Assembly: GCA_002269645.1 (NCBI GenBank)
Contig: NIVC01000046.1
Coordinates: 1 to 64,000 of the forward strand
DNA: 64,000 nucleotides
Reading direction: 5' to 3'
DNA from: Macrostomum lignano
Lineage: Eukaryota
In this document: one piece after another, positions 47,155-58,858 of the stretch
How the letters are laid out: each line of letters begins with the position of its first letter
Numbering within the stretch: position 1 is the stretch's first letter
The notes under the pieces: generated by a model
Databases searched by the model: none
The model's input: only the letters and a program-made list of their open reading frames with translations
What the model was told of the DNA's origin: nothing
Position numbers and translations under genes: made by a program

Positions 47155-48398
47155 TGTTCATGAGGGAGCTGTCAGGCTGTCAGTCACTGAATGCTCATGA
47201 GGGAGCTGTCAGGCTGTCAGTCACTGAATGTTCATGAGGGAGCTGTCAGGCTGTCAGTCACTGAATGTTCATGAGGGAGCTGTCAGGCTGTCAGTCACTG
47301 AATGCTCATGAGGGAGCTGTCAGGCTGTCAGTCACTGAATGTTCATGAGGGAGCTGTCAGGCTGTCAGTCAGTGAATGCTCATGAGGCAGCTGTCAGGCT
47401 GTCAGTCAGTGAATGCTCATGAGGGAGCTGTCAGGCTGTCAGTCACTGAATGTTCATGAGGGAGCTGTCAGGCTGTCAGTCAGTGAATGCTCATGAGGCA
47501 GCTGTCAGGCTGTCAGTCACTGAATGTTCATGAGGGAGCTGTCAGGCTGTCAGTCACTGAATGTTCATGAGGGAGCTGTCAGGCTGTCAGTCAGTGAATG
47601 CTCATGAGGCAGCTGTCAGGCTGTCAGTCACTGAATGTTCATGAGGGAGCTGTCAGGCTGTCAGTCACTGAATGTTCATGAGGGAGCTGTCAGGCTGTCA
47701 GTCAGTGAATGCTCATGAGGGAGCTGTCAGGCTGTCAGTCACTGAATGTTCATGAGGGAGCTGTCAGGCTGTCAGTCAGTGAATGCTCATGAGGCAGCTG
47801 TCAGGCTGTCAGTCACTGAATGTTCATGAGGGAGCTGTCAGGCTGTCAGTCACTGAATGTTCATGAGGGAGCTGTCAGGCTGTCAGTCAGTGAATGCTCA
47901 TGAAGCAGCTGTCAGGCTGTCAGTCACTGAATGTTCATGAGGGAGCTGTCAGGCTGTCAGTCACTGAATGTTCATGAGGGAGCTGTCAGGCTGTCAGTCA
48001 CTGAATGTTCATGAGGCAGCTGTCAGGCTGTCAGTCACTGAATGTTCATGAGGGAGCTGTCAGGCTGTCAGTCACTGAATGTTCATGAGGGAGCTGTCAG
48101 GCTGTCAGTCACTGAATGTTCATGAGGGAGCTGTCAGGCTGTCAGTCACTGAATGTTCATGAGGGAGCTGTCAGGCTGTCAGTCACTGAATGTTCATGAG
48201 GCAGCTGTCAGGCTGTCAGTCACTGAATGTTCATGAGGGAGCTGTCAGGCTGTCAGTCGCTGAATGTTCATGAGGGAGCTGTCAGGCTGTCAGTCACTGA
48301 ATGTTCATGAGGGAGCTGTCAGGCTGTCAGTCACTGAATGTTCATGAGGGAGCTGTCAGGCTGTCAGTCACTGAATGTTCATGAGGGAGCTGTCAGGC
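47155..48398. repeat. 37-bp minisatellite (~33 copies)
   Basis: GTTCATGAGGGAGCTGTCAGGCTGTCAGTCACTGAAT. Confidence 0.95.
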
Positions 48399-48832
48399 TT
48401 GCAGTTGCTGCTAAGCACATTAGCACATGGGAAAAGTACATGACGAAATCAATTTGCTTCTCCCTGACCCAGCCGACCTTTGAACTTTCCAGGTTCACGC
48501 AGATAACTGCTACCTGCACATTCGGCTTGAATATTTCATTAATAGCATTGGCAATCGGGTATTGAATTCTGCAGAACAAAATTGCAAAGAAAAGCTCGCA
48601 TCAAAGCAGACACGCAGTTTGAGCGGAAAAAGAAATTCAGCATGCAGTGTGAATTGAATTGCAGCACAAATGTGCAAAACTGCAGTTCATAGCAGGAGGG
48701 CTGCTCGCACTCGATGACTCTCGATGTGCTCAATTCCTAAAAAGCAGTCAAACCAAAGTAGCATTCAGTTGTTAAATAAACAAAACCAAAGTACATAGAA
48801 ATTGTGTCAGCATCGAACACCGCACCAGGCAG

Positions 48833-50319
48833 TCAGTCTGACTCAGCCTTCCTTTTCCGACCTCGATTTTGCGGCTCGTCTTTGAGGACTAAGGCTGCTA
48901 AGGCTGCTGCTTCAAGTCTTTCCAGCTTCTGCCAGACCCAGCCGATCTTCTCCTCGTCTTGCGTCTCCATGGCGACGCGTCTCTCTTTCTCGATCATCTC
49001 CATCTGCTGCAGGCTGAGCTCAACGTGCTCGCGGAAGTCGCTGTAGTGAGCCAGAGTGAGCAGCTCCTCCAAGTCCGGGTCTTATTCCAGCTCTCGCTTC
49101 CAATCCTCCAGTTTAATTGCAGGTGCGCGATTGCGGAGCAGCTCAGCTTGGAGACTCCAGCTCAGGCAGCGGAAGTTCACGTACAGGTGGGAGGAGAGAG
49201 GCTGCGACAGTCTGGCTGTGAACAGAGTCTGCGTGAACTCGGGAAGGAATGGGAAGCGAGGCGGAGAGTCGCAGGGGAGGCAGAACCTCCACGCCCAGTC
49301 TGAGTCTTCTGGCAGTTTAGAATGGCTATATTGATTTGCTTGAATATCATCTGGCTTCAACCCTGTCTCAACCTGATGTCTCTGCAGCTCCATCGTGAGT
49401 CTCTTAGCCTCCTCAGATTCTCCGAACTTCAAATGCGCCATGGCGGTCATGCACAGGGCGGCGCACTTGCACCACTTCAGCTCATGCAGGAGACTGAGCT
49501 GCCTCATCAGGGTGTCTCTGTCGCTCGATTCCGACTTCAGCTCGCCCACACACTGGTGCACCACACTGTACACGTATTCGAACCGGAATTTCTCTAGTAT
49601 ATAGTATCTACTGTCCCTTATCTCCGTGACAGCAGGCGGCGCTGTCAGAGGCAGCAGAGTGAACGGGTGAAAGTAGAACTTCTCTGACTGCAGAGGTCTC
49701 ACGAGACTCCTCAGCTGCTCGACCACTCCGCCGATGTCGCTTCTCAGCTCACAAAGTCGGTCTCGAACCCTCGCCTTCGTGTTGTCGAAGTCGCCGCCGA
49801 TTCCAGCGTTCTTGAAGTAGAGCGGAGCGTCGGGCATGAAGAAGTGCGGCATGCACTCATCGGGCGAGCTGCTTGAGTCGATGAAGCTCAGCATCATGTC
49901 GAGAGACTCCTTGAGCAGAGCGATCAGATTGTGGGGCTTCCAAGTCTCAGTTTCAGGATCTGTGCCATGCTTCTCCAGCATTGTGAAGAGCAGAGTCTTT
50001 GCATGGTAGGTCTTGAGTCCATGTGTGTCCAGAGTGAGCGGCAAGTGTCTCTTGAAGATGAACTTGATGAGTGTGAACAGCTGGCCTTGGACTGTGCTCA
50101 GCCGTCTCATGATCCGTTTCTCTTGGAAGCTGAAGCTCACTCTGAGCTCGTTGGTCGAGCTCGGTCTGGTCGCCCGAACGAGGTGAACTGGAATATATGT
50201 GTCTTCAATCAGTTTTCTAATTCTGTCCTCACAGAAGCTGCTGCAGCACTCGATCGCATGGCACGTGTCCTGTGCAGGCCGCACACCGCACGCCGTGGCT
50301 GTCACTGCAGGTTGGTTGC
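48833..50319 (-). CDS. ANK-cGLR paralog C exon 4 (Mab-21 C-lobe); premature in-frame TAA at 49082-49084
   Basis: Acceptor CTCTGCAG|GC in phase 1; same motifs as paralog B. The frame continues after the TAA as DPDLEELL... to 48833. Confidence 0.88.
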
Positions 50320-50925
50320 CTGCAGAGCGCGGTGAGCGGAGAGTCGCTTTGTGGCGAGTGAAAAAGATGGGTTGGTTTGAAACTTGCTAAATTTAAATTT
50401 TAAAATTCTCTTAAGAGCCAAATAGCTCGTAAATGCACCTGTGAGGCATGAGCCTCTGCACCCACTGAGTTCGCCCAGATTCAGCTTCAGCTGCTCTGGC
50501 TTCATCAGGCTGCAGCTGAGCACAGCTGCTCAAGCATCATCAGGACTCAGTGCCCCGCAGAAAGGCACCAATCAGCAGTCAGGGCGGCTTCGGTTCATTT
50601 TGTTTGAAATTTCCAAGTGAGAGCAGCAGCACCTCAGCAGAGCCATGCCGCCTACCGTGGGTCACCCAAGCACCGCTGCACCCACTCTGCTGCAATCGGA
50701 GCCTGTGAATTCAAAACCCAATGGCCCGGCTCAGCCAGATGACATCAGAGTTTTCTTTTCAATTTCGCCTGCCGCTTATTTCAGCACCCAAGCCGACATT
50801 CGCAGTCACAGAAGCTGCTGGAGGCTGGGCGCCACTCGGTTGGGAATTTAAAATTGAGCAAAGTTAATGGGCTTTCAGTTGCATGCAAATCTCAGCATTC
50901 TGATGATGAACCCAGCCTCACTCAC

Positions 50926-51287
50926 CTGCTCCCACTGCCACCTGTGCGTGGCCCTCCGTGACCTGCAGCCGAGTAGCGCCTCTGCAAAGAAAAGATTCTG
51001 TGCAGATACCTTCCAGATGGAACTTTTGCCCATCAACCAGCACAGTCCAGTCAATGTCCGAGTCTGCAGCTGTCCTGCCGTTCACTTGCACCAGACTGTT
51101 GGCCCAGCCCTCGGCGTAGCTGCCCGTCATCTGCCTGCCATCCTGCGTGAGGACTCGAGTGACTCCTTCCAGCCAGTCAGCCAGTCTCTGCTGACACTTT
51201 GCTCTCTGCTCAGTGAATCCCGCATCGCTGAGCAGTCGATGCAGCTCCTCGCTCAGGCGCCTGTCTTGCTGGGAGTCGTCTGACAGC
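50926..51287 (-). CDS. ANK-cGLR paralog C exon 3 (NTase active site)
   Basis: TCATTCCAG|G ... GCAG|GTGAGT, 362 nt, GSYAEG..DSDID. Confidence 0.9.
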
Positions 51288-51560
51288 CTGGAATGATTTG
51301 AGATGCATGTGGGTGATTTGCTCAGAGTTGGATGGACAGAACAAGCAGGAGAGCTGAGAGTGCAGCTGCTGCAGCACTCAGACTGGCACCTCAAGCAGGA
51401 GAGCTGAGAGTGCAGCTGCTGCAGCACTCAGACTGGCATCTCAAGCAGGAGAGCTCAGCCCAATCTCAAATCTGCTGAGTTTCGCTGCAATTTCTGCCCC
51501 AAGCTGCCAGCCTGTTGGAAGGCGCAATGCGGCAGGTAAAGCCGAACCGGTCAGACTCAC

Positions 51561-51614
51561 CCATGAAGGCCCGAATCCAAATGGTGAGCGGCTGCCTGCC
51601 AGACCTCCAGATTT
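51561..51614 (-). CDS. ANK-cGLR paralog C exon 2 (54-nt linker)
   Basis: CATTGCAG| ... GG|GTGAGT, frame-preserving. Confidence 0.65.
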
Positions 51615-51884
51615 CTGCAATGCGGGGAAGGAAGTCTGCGGTCTACTGTCAGCTGCATTTGTGCGCAGGCAGTGGCTGATTGACTTTTTTTATGTTGCAA
51701 TTCGCCATTTTTGACCGTGCCTTGCCTTAGAAATCCGCCTAGTTCTTCTTTCTTGTGTTCGCCACATAGTAATATACTGAAAATACGATCGGTGCGCCAC
51801 TTTGCTACATTTTTAGTACAGAAATGCTTAACTAAAAATGAAAATATACTGAAGAGATGTTTGCGAAATTCTCGCCTCACTCAC

Positions 51885-54151
51885 CGCGCTTCACTGAATT
51901 CCAGCAGTCGTTGCACCTGCCGCTGCTCAAATTGCTGTGCCACCTGCGCACACGTCAGACCCCGACCGTCTCGATGACGCGCATACGCTCCTCTGTCCAT
52001 CAGAGCCTTGACTGCTCGCAGGTGACCGGCTTCGCACGCTCGTGACAGAGCAGTCCGACCCTGACTGTCTTCAGCACGCACTGACGCACCGAGATCGATG
52101 AGTTTCTCAATGAGCTCGTGATGACCTGCATCAGCTGCCAGCATGAGAGCAGTGGCTCCAGTGCTGTCTGGCAGATCGACATGATCTGTGCTGACTCGCT
52201 CATCATTGATCAGTGTGACAGCAATGGTGACAGCAAGAGCAATGTGTCTTTGAGAGATGGAGAGACGGAGCAGCTGTGTGATGCGAGCTGGCTGCATTCG
52301 AGAGAGGGTGTCGGTGAGAACAGAGTTCCTGCCTTCGATGGCCATTGCTGCAGTGAAGCTGAGAACGGTGCTGGATTGGAAGAGCCAGTCGGGCTCGAGG
52401 CCGAGGGAGGCAACGACATCTTCGCGAAGACGAGAGCAAGCCGGGACTGCGCATTGGAAACGGAGCTGCGCTTTTTGATCCGGACTTGAGAGACACAAGA
52501 TAAATAATTTGACGGCTTCCCACTGACCCTCGCTTGCAGCAGTTTTGGCAGCCTCGATGCAGCACTGATCTCTTTTTGTCAGGTCAGCGACTATCGGCAC
52601 GAGAAACTTGACGACTTTTAAGCGACCATTGATTGCAGCAGGTTTAGCAGCCTTGATGCAGCAATCATCTCTTTTTTTTTGGTCAGCGACTGTCGTCACG
52701 AGAAACTTGACGACTTTTAAGCGACCATTTCTTGCAGCAGATTTGGCTGCCTTGATGCAGCACTGATCTCTTTTTGTCTCGTCAGCGACTGTCGCCTCCA
52801 GAAACTTGACGATTTCCCACTGACCATTGCTTGCAGCAGATTCAGCAGCCTCGATGCAGTAGTGATCTCTTCTATTTGGGTCAGCGACTTTCGGCAGGAA
52901 AAACTTGACGACTTCTAACTGACCATTTCTTGCAGCAGATTTGGCTGCCTTGATGCAGCACTGATCTCTTTTTGTCTTGTCAGCGACTGTCGCCTCCAGA
53001 AACTTGACGATTTCCCACTGACCATTGCTTGCAGCAGATTCAGCAGCCTCGATGCAGCACTGATCTCTTTTTGTTTTGTTAGCGATTGTCGGCACGAGAA
53101 ACTTGACGACTTTTAACTGACCATTGCTTGCAGCAGATTTGGCTGCCTCGATGCAGCACTGATCTCTTTTTGTTTTGTTAGCGACTGTCGGCACGAGAAA
53201 CTTGACGATTTCCCACTGACCATTGCTTGCAGCAGATTCAGCAGCCTCGATGCAGTAGTGATCTCTTCTATTTGGGTCAGCGACTTTCGGCAGGAAAAAC
53301 TTGACGACTTCTAACTGACCATTTCTTGCAGCAGATTTGGCTGCCTTGATGCAGCACTGATCTCTTTTTGTCTCGTCAGCGACTGTCGCCTCCAGAAACT
53401 TGACGATTTCCCACTGACCATTGCTTGCAGCAGATTCAGCAGCCTCGATGCAGCACTGATCTCTTTTTGTTTTGTTAGCGATTGTCGGCACGAGAAACTT
53501 GACGACTTTTAACTGACCATTGCTTGCAGCAGATTTGGCTGCCTCGATGCAGCACTGATCTCTTTTTGTTTTGTTAGCGACTGTCGGCACGAGAAACTTG
53601 ACGATTTCCCACTGACCATTGCTTGCAGCAGATTCAGCAGCCTCGATGCAGTAGTGATCTCTTCTATTTGGGTCAGCGACTTTCGGCAGGAAAAACTTGA
53701 CGACTTCTAACTGACCATTTCTTGCAGCAGATTTGGCTGCCTTGATGCAGCACTGATCTCTTTTTGTCTTGTCAGCGACTGTCGCCTCCAGAAACTTGAC
53801 GATTTCCCACTGACCATTGCTTGCAGCAGATTCAGCAGCCTCGATGCAGTAGTGATCTCTTCTATTTGGGTCAGCGACTTTCGGCAGGAAAAACTTGACG
53901 ACTTTTAAGCGACCATTTCTTGCAGCAGATTTAGCAGCCTCGATGCAGCACTGATCTCTTTTTGTTTTGTTAGCGACTGTCGGCACGAGAAACTGGACGA
54001 CTTCTAAGTGACCCTCGCTCGCAGCAAGTGTTAAAGCGGGTTTGCAAAAAAGATATATTTTGTTCCTTCCTCGTAGAAGGTTCAGATGATGTTTGAGTGC
54101 TTCGATGTTTCCTGTGCTGGCAGCCTCCTCAGCACTGATTTGTTCGTTCAT
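51885..54151 (-). CDS. ANK-cGLR paralog C exon 1: ~16 atypical ankyrin repeats, constant region, canonical ankyrins
   Basis: 33-aa repeats; the ORF stop lies inside donor CG|GTGAGT (phase 2). Confidence 0.92.
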
Positions 54152-54923
54152 TTCGCTTGGTGCGCTGTTTAGTGCTTACACTAGAAGGTAAGAGCAAAAA
54201 TATTTTTCCGTTGGTCCATAATTGGATTGAGTAAAAGATCGAGTAAGTAGGGTGTAGCGGGAAGGAAGAGGGAGCGAGGGTATAAAAGACGGAAGATAGT
54301 AAATGGGGCGGCTTCGTGATTGGAAATTTTTTTCTGGTTTTCAAAGGTTTGTGCAGCCGGTTGCCAGAAAGATTTTACCGCCTCATCTATCATCTATCGG
54401 CGAGGCCGACCACCCCGGCCTGAGTAGCCGAAACTTCTCTCCCGAGCATGAGCGCTGAGTCCGCCGCCTTCGCCTCTGTGCACCCAGCATGGCAACGGAG
54501 AGGCTGCGTTTGCAGCGGCCACCCCAAGCTGTACTTGATGAGGCTGAGCTGACCCATTGTGCCTCAGTGCAGTTTGAGATCTTTAATTAGATTTAGTGGC
54601 CTACTGAGCGGTGCAAAATGATGCTCAGTGTCTCACCTGTACTCAGTGTGTTTTGGTCTGTTCAAAGCAAAACAATGAATGGCTTGAAATCGCATCAGTT
54701 GGGTGAGGCGGCTCGGGTGCACAGGAAAGTGCCTTGTTAAACCGCCTTGGTGAGTTTTTCTCCCCAACTCTGCCGCTGCACGGCATCTCAACTGCCGCAG
54801 CTTCAGCCAGTTGGTTGGCAAGCAGCTCGGCTCTCTGCCTCTCTCTCTCTGTCTCACCCTCACTGCCGACCCGCCACTCCTTCCAGTGCGAATTGAGACA
54901 AAGGGTTGTCGCCCAACGCCCAA

Positions 54924-55222
54924 GTGCTCAGATCCCAGCCCAGAGTGACAGATCACAGTGCTCAGGTCCCAGCCCAGAGTGACAGATCACAGTGCTCAGG
55001 TCCCAGCCCAGAGTGACAGATCACAGTGCTCAGGTCCCAGCCCAGAGTGACAGATCACAGTGCTCAGGTCCCAGCCCAGAGTGACAGATCACAGTGCTCA
55101 GGTCCCAGCCCAGAGTGACAGATCACAGTGCTCAGGTCCCAGCGCAGAGAGACAGATCACAGTGCTCAGGTCCCAGCGCAGAGAGACAGATCACAGTGCT
55201 CAGGTTCCAGCCCAGAGTGACA
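54924..55222. repeat. 34-bp minisatellite (~8 copies)
   Basis: CCCAGCCCAGAGTGACAGATCACAGTGCTCAGGT. Confidence 0.95.
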
Positions 55223-55272
55223 AATCAAATAACAAATGAAAATTTTGTTAATAACAAAAAAGCAATTTAAAT

Positions 55273-55715
55273 CTATTTATCAGTGAGCCAATCAAAAGTA
55301 CACCTATAGTAACATCCGCAGCCGCTCATCAAGAGTGAGGAGTCTGCACAGCTCAGTAAAATGACTTCATGCAATGCAGCTGTTCTCTCATCTGCGCACC
55401 TGAGGCTCAGCACATTGGCTCGGCTCTCCATGAAAGCTCGCACCTCAGCGCTCCCCACGTTGAAGCCGTACTCCAAGTCCCTGACACCTTTGTACATGAT
55501 GTTCTTCTTGCCGGGATAGTACAGTCGGATTGAGTGAGTCATCTTCTCAAAGTCCATCGATGGCCGGTTTTTCACCTGGGCCCAGGTGCGGGCTGCTGAC
55601 TCGCTGTTGATGAAGCGGAACCGGCCTGAGGAGGCGTCCAGCCACTCCACTGATGGGTGACGGCTGATGAACAGGTGCAGCAGGTGCTTCCACGGTACTT
55701 TGCGGCGGCTTTGGA
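55273..55715 (-). CDS. Exon encoding a divergent ETS DNA-binding domain
   Basis: PWKHLLHL..VEWLD..GRFRF..ARTWAQVKNRPSMDFEKMTHSIRLYY matches the ETS pattern; acceptor TTTCCAG| at 55716. Confidence 0.85.
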
Positions 55716-55809
55716 CTGGAAACAAGGATGGATATGGGATTAGAGATCTGCTGCCTGATCCTAGCGAATCCCCGCTAACGCCATCAGAAACTCCCCGATA
55801 ATCCGCTCT

Positions 55810-56467
55810 ACCGGGGAGGACATGCGCACCCTACACACGGCTTACATCAGCACGAGTCGCCTAATCGCTGAATACGGATGAGTAGCCTGTGCAGCACCGT
55901 CCACGCGGCTCAGCATCAAACGCGAACAGCTTGCTCCATTACAGGCAGTATCCTGCCAACGGATGCCAGAGCAGTCCTGCAGCTTGCCGACCTGCTGCTG
56001 TTCAGCCACCTCGTCTCCGAGAGGGCCGCCTGCCTCCGCGAGCGGGTCCTCCGCCTCCCAGCCGACACGCCAGCCTCAGTCGCGTGCTGCAGCCTCGACT
56101 CAAAAGCCGCTGCCATGAGGCGTTCCTACTTTGCCAAGCGCACCGCACGGACAGCGCCCCCAATACAACGGGGACCCTCGTCGATCAACGCGATCTCACA
56201 CGCCCTTTCCGCGGCTGCTGGCGCCGCGCAGCTACCTATATAGACATTTGCCAGACCCTGGACGGCCTTTCACCCAGCGGCATGGATTCCGGCAGCGCAC
56301 CCTGGGACGCCCAGTGCGAGCATGTCTCCTTCGACCTAGACATCGCCAGAGCGGCCTCCCGATCCGACGGTCCCAAGGCCGCAGCTCGGCAGGCCCTCAA
56401 GAGCCGACCACTTAGCGACATCGAGGTCTGGACCGAAGGATCGGTACCGGACGGCACCGGCCCTTGA
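55810..56467 (+). mobile_element. Truncated non-LTR retrotransposon fragment (RT thumb region to RNase H start)
   Basis: RTLHTAYI..SR.IAEYG, AQHQ..ARSITG, AACLRERVLRLPADTPA and IEVWTEGSV (RNase H WTDGS-like), across frameshifts. Confidence 0.7.
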
Positions 56468-56790
56468 AATTATCATTTAGTCACTCTTGAAATTATTAAT
56501 TGGTCACTCTTGAAATTATCAATTGGTCACTCATGAAATTATCAATTGGTCACTCTTGAAATTATCAATTGGTCACTCTTGATATTATCAATTGGTCACT
56601 CTTGAAATTATCAATTGGTCACTCTTGAAATTATCAATTGGTCACTCGTGAACTTATCAATTGGTCACTCATGAAATTATCAATTGGTCACTCTTGAAAT
56701 TATCAATTGGTCACTCTTGATATTATCAATTGGTCACTCGTGAAATTATCAATTGGTCACTCTTGAAATTATCAATTGGTCACTCTTGAA
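56467..56790. repeat. 23-bp AT-rich minisatellite
   Basis: TGAAATTATCAATTGGTCACTCT, about 14 copies. Confidence 0.95.
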
Positions 56791-56988
56791 ATTTTTATCA
56801 ATTGCTCACTCTTGGTGACCTGTGCTCAAGTTTATGAGGGTTGGGCTGCTCATGTTGTGAGCAGAGCGGTTTCTATGGGGTTCGAATCAGAGCCTGACAC
56901 CCTAACAGCCGCCTTCCAGACCAACTGCATTCGATTTTTTGTCCTGCGCCTGTGGTTCTGTGTGTCAGTTCGAGTGAAATTATAACCT

Positions 56989-57390
56989 GTAATCAGTGAC
57001 ATGTCTGTGTAATTAGTGACATGTCTGTGTAATCAGTGACATGTCTGTGTAATCAGTGACATGTCTGTGTAATTAGTGACATGTCTGTGTAATCAGTGAC
57101 ATGTCTGTGTAATCAGTGACATGTTTGTGTAATCAGTGACATGTTTGTGTAATCAGTGACATGTTTGTGTAATCAGTGACATGTTTGTGTAATCAGTGAC
57201 ATGTTTGTGTAATTAGTGACATGTCTGTGTAATCAGTGACATGTCTGTGTAATTAGTGACATGTCTGTGTAATCAGTGACATGTCTGTGTAATCAGTGAC
57301 ATGTCTGTGTAATCAGTGACATGTCTGTGTAATCAGTGACATGTCTGTGTAATCAGTGACATGTCTGTGTAATCAGTGACATGTCTGTGC
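56989..57390. repeat. 20-bp minisatellite (~20 copies)
   Basis: GTAATCAGTGACATGTCTGT. Confidence 0.95.
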
Positions 57391-57834
57391 AATTGGTGTC
57401 TGGAACTTTCCAGGAACTTGGATGTAAATGATTGCTGCAGAAAATGGGAGACACTTTTGAGAACTCAAAACTGGAGCAAGGTGGACTCAGATCAAATCGT
57501 GCACTTTTCACATGCAGTCTGGCATCCTGCAGCCATTTTTTTACCATTAGTTGTCAGAGTAAACTTTGCAGAGCTCCCAAAATCAGCTTCTTTTTCAGCT
57601 GGTCAATCCAGTCCGCCCCAGTTCGGAGCAGCTGCTCACTCCTCCTGTCCGGGACAATGGCCGATGCATGCACAGCCGCACTTCCGGTTCAATAGAAGTT
57701 CTGGTTGCTAAGGGGAGCTGGATGCCACACCCCCAGACCCGCAGCAGCCAATGCCAACGATACTGCAATTAACTGCTCGATTTGATAAAAATGTCCATCT
57801 GGCAGCCGGATTGACAGATCGCATGTCTTGATTT

Positions 57835-58113
57835 ATGGCAGACATTTCTCATTGCATTGGCAAAATGACAGCAGCTTCAACTGAAGCGAGCTCAGCTGAC
57901 TGCCCGCAGACGAAGACCTACGCTCTGCTGACGCATCTCAATGTGCCTTTCTTGACTGCCTACGGGGCCGCTGGTGCGCTGAGCTCCGTGCTCAACTCGT
58001 TCATCTTGGAGGCTGCTTGCAAAGGCGGCATCACGAAGAGGTCCAGCTTCCGCAGACTGCTCAGTATTGTGGCGGTGCTGAACTGCAGCTTGAGCAGCCT
58101 GCTGATTGCTCAG
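57835..58113 (+). CDS. Class A (rhodopsin-like) GPCR exon 1 (N-terminus, TM1-TM2)
   Basis: GALSSVLNSFIL (TM1 Asn) and RLLSIVAVLN; donor CAG|GTGAGT in phase 0. Confidence 0.75.
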
Positions 58114-58130
58114 GTGAGTGGCGACGGGCT

Positions 58131-58858
58131 GTCTGTCTCAGTGTCTGTCTTAGTGTCTGTCTTAGTGTCTGTCTTAGTGTCTGTCTTAGTGTCTGTCTAG
58201 TGTCTGTCTCAGTGTCTATCTTAGTGTCCTTCTCAGTGTCTGTCTCAGTGTCCTTCTCAGTGTCTGTCTTAGTGTCTGTCCTAGAGTCTGTCTTAGTGTT
58301 TGTCCTAGTGTCTGTCATAGTTTCTGTCTCAGTGTCTGTCTTAGTGTCCTTCCTAGAGTCTGTCTTAGTGTTTGTCTCAGTGTCTGTCTCAGTGTCTGTC
58401 TTAGTGTCCTTCCTAGAGTCTGTCTTAGTTTCTGTCTCAGTGTCTGTCTCAGTGTCTGTCTCGGTGTCTATCTCAGTTTCTGTCTCAGTGTCTGTCTCGG
58501 TGTCTATCTCAGTATCTGTCTCAGTTTCTGTCTTAGTGTCTGTCTCAGTGTCTGTCTCAGTTTCTGTCTTAGTGTCTGTCTCAGTGTCTGTCTCAGTGTC
58601 TGTCTCAGTGTCCTTCTCAGTGTCTGTCTCAGTGTCTGTCTCAGTGTCTGTCTCAGTGTCTGTCTCAGTGTCCTTCTCAGTGTCTGTCTCAGTGTCTGTC
58701 TCAGTGTCTGTCTCAGTGTCTGTCTCAGTGTCCTTCTCAGTGTCTGTCTCAGTGTCTGTCTCAGTGTCTGTCTCAGTGTCTGTCTTAGTGTCCTTCCTAG
58801 AGTCTGTCTTAGTGTTTGTCTCAGTGTCTGTCATAGTTCCTGTCTTAGTGTCTGTCTA
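58131..58858. repeat. 12-bp AGTGTCTGTCTC satellite in the GPCR intron
   Basis: Same family as 11764-13245. Confidence 0.95.

Noticed and set aside
47155-48398. CRISPR-like regular 37-bp array (also the 23-, 34- and 50-bp arrays)
   Set aside because: The units are head-to-tail with no unique spacers, there are no cas genes, and the context is eukaryotic.
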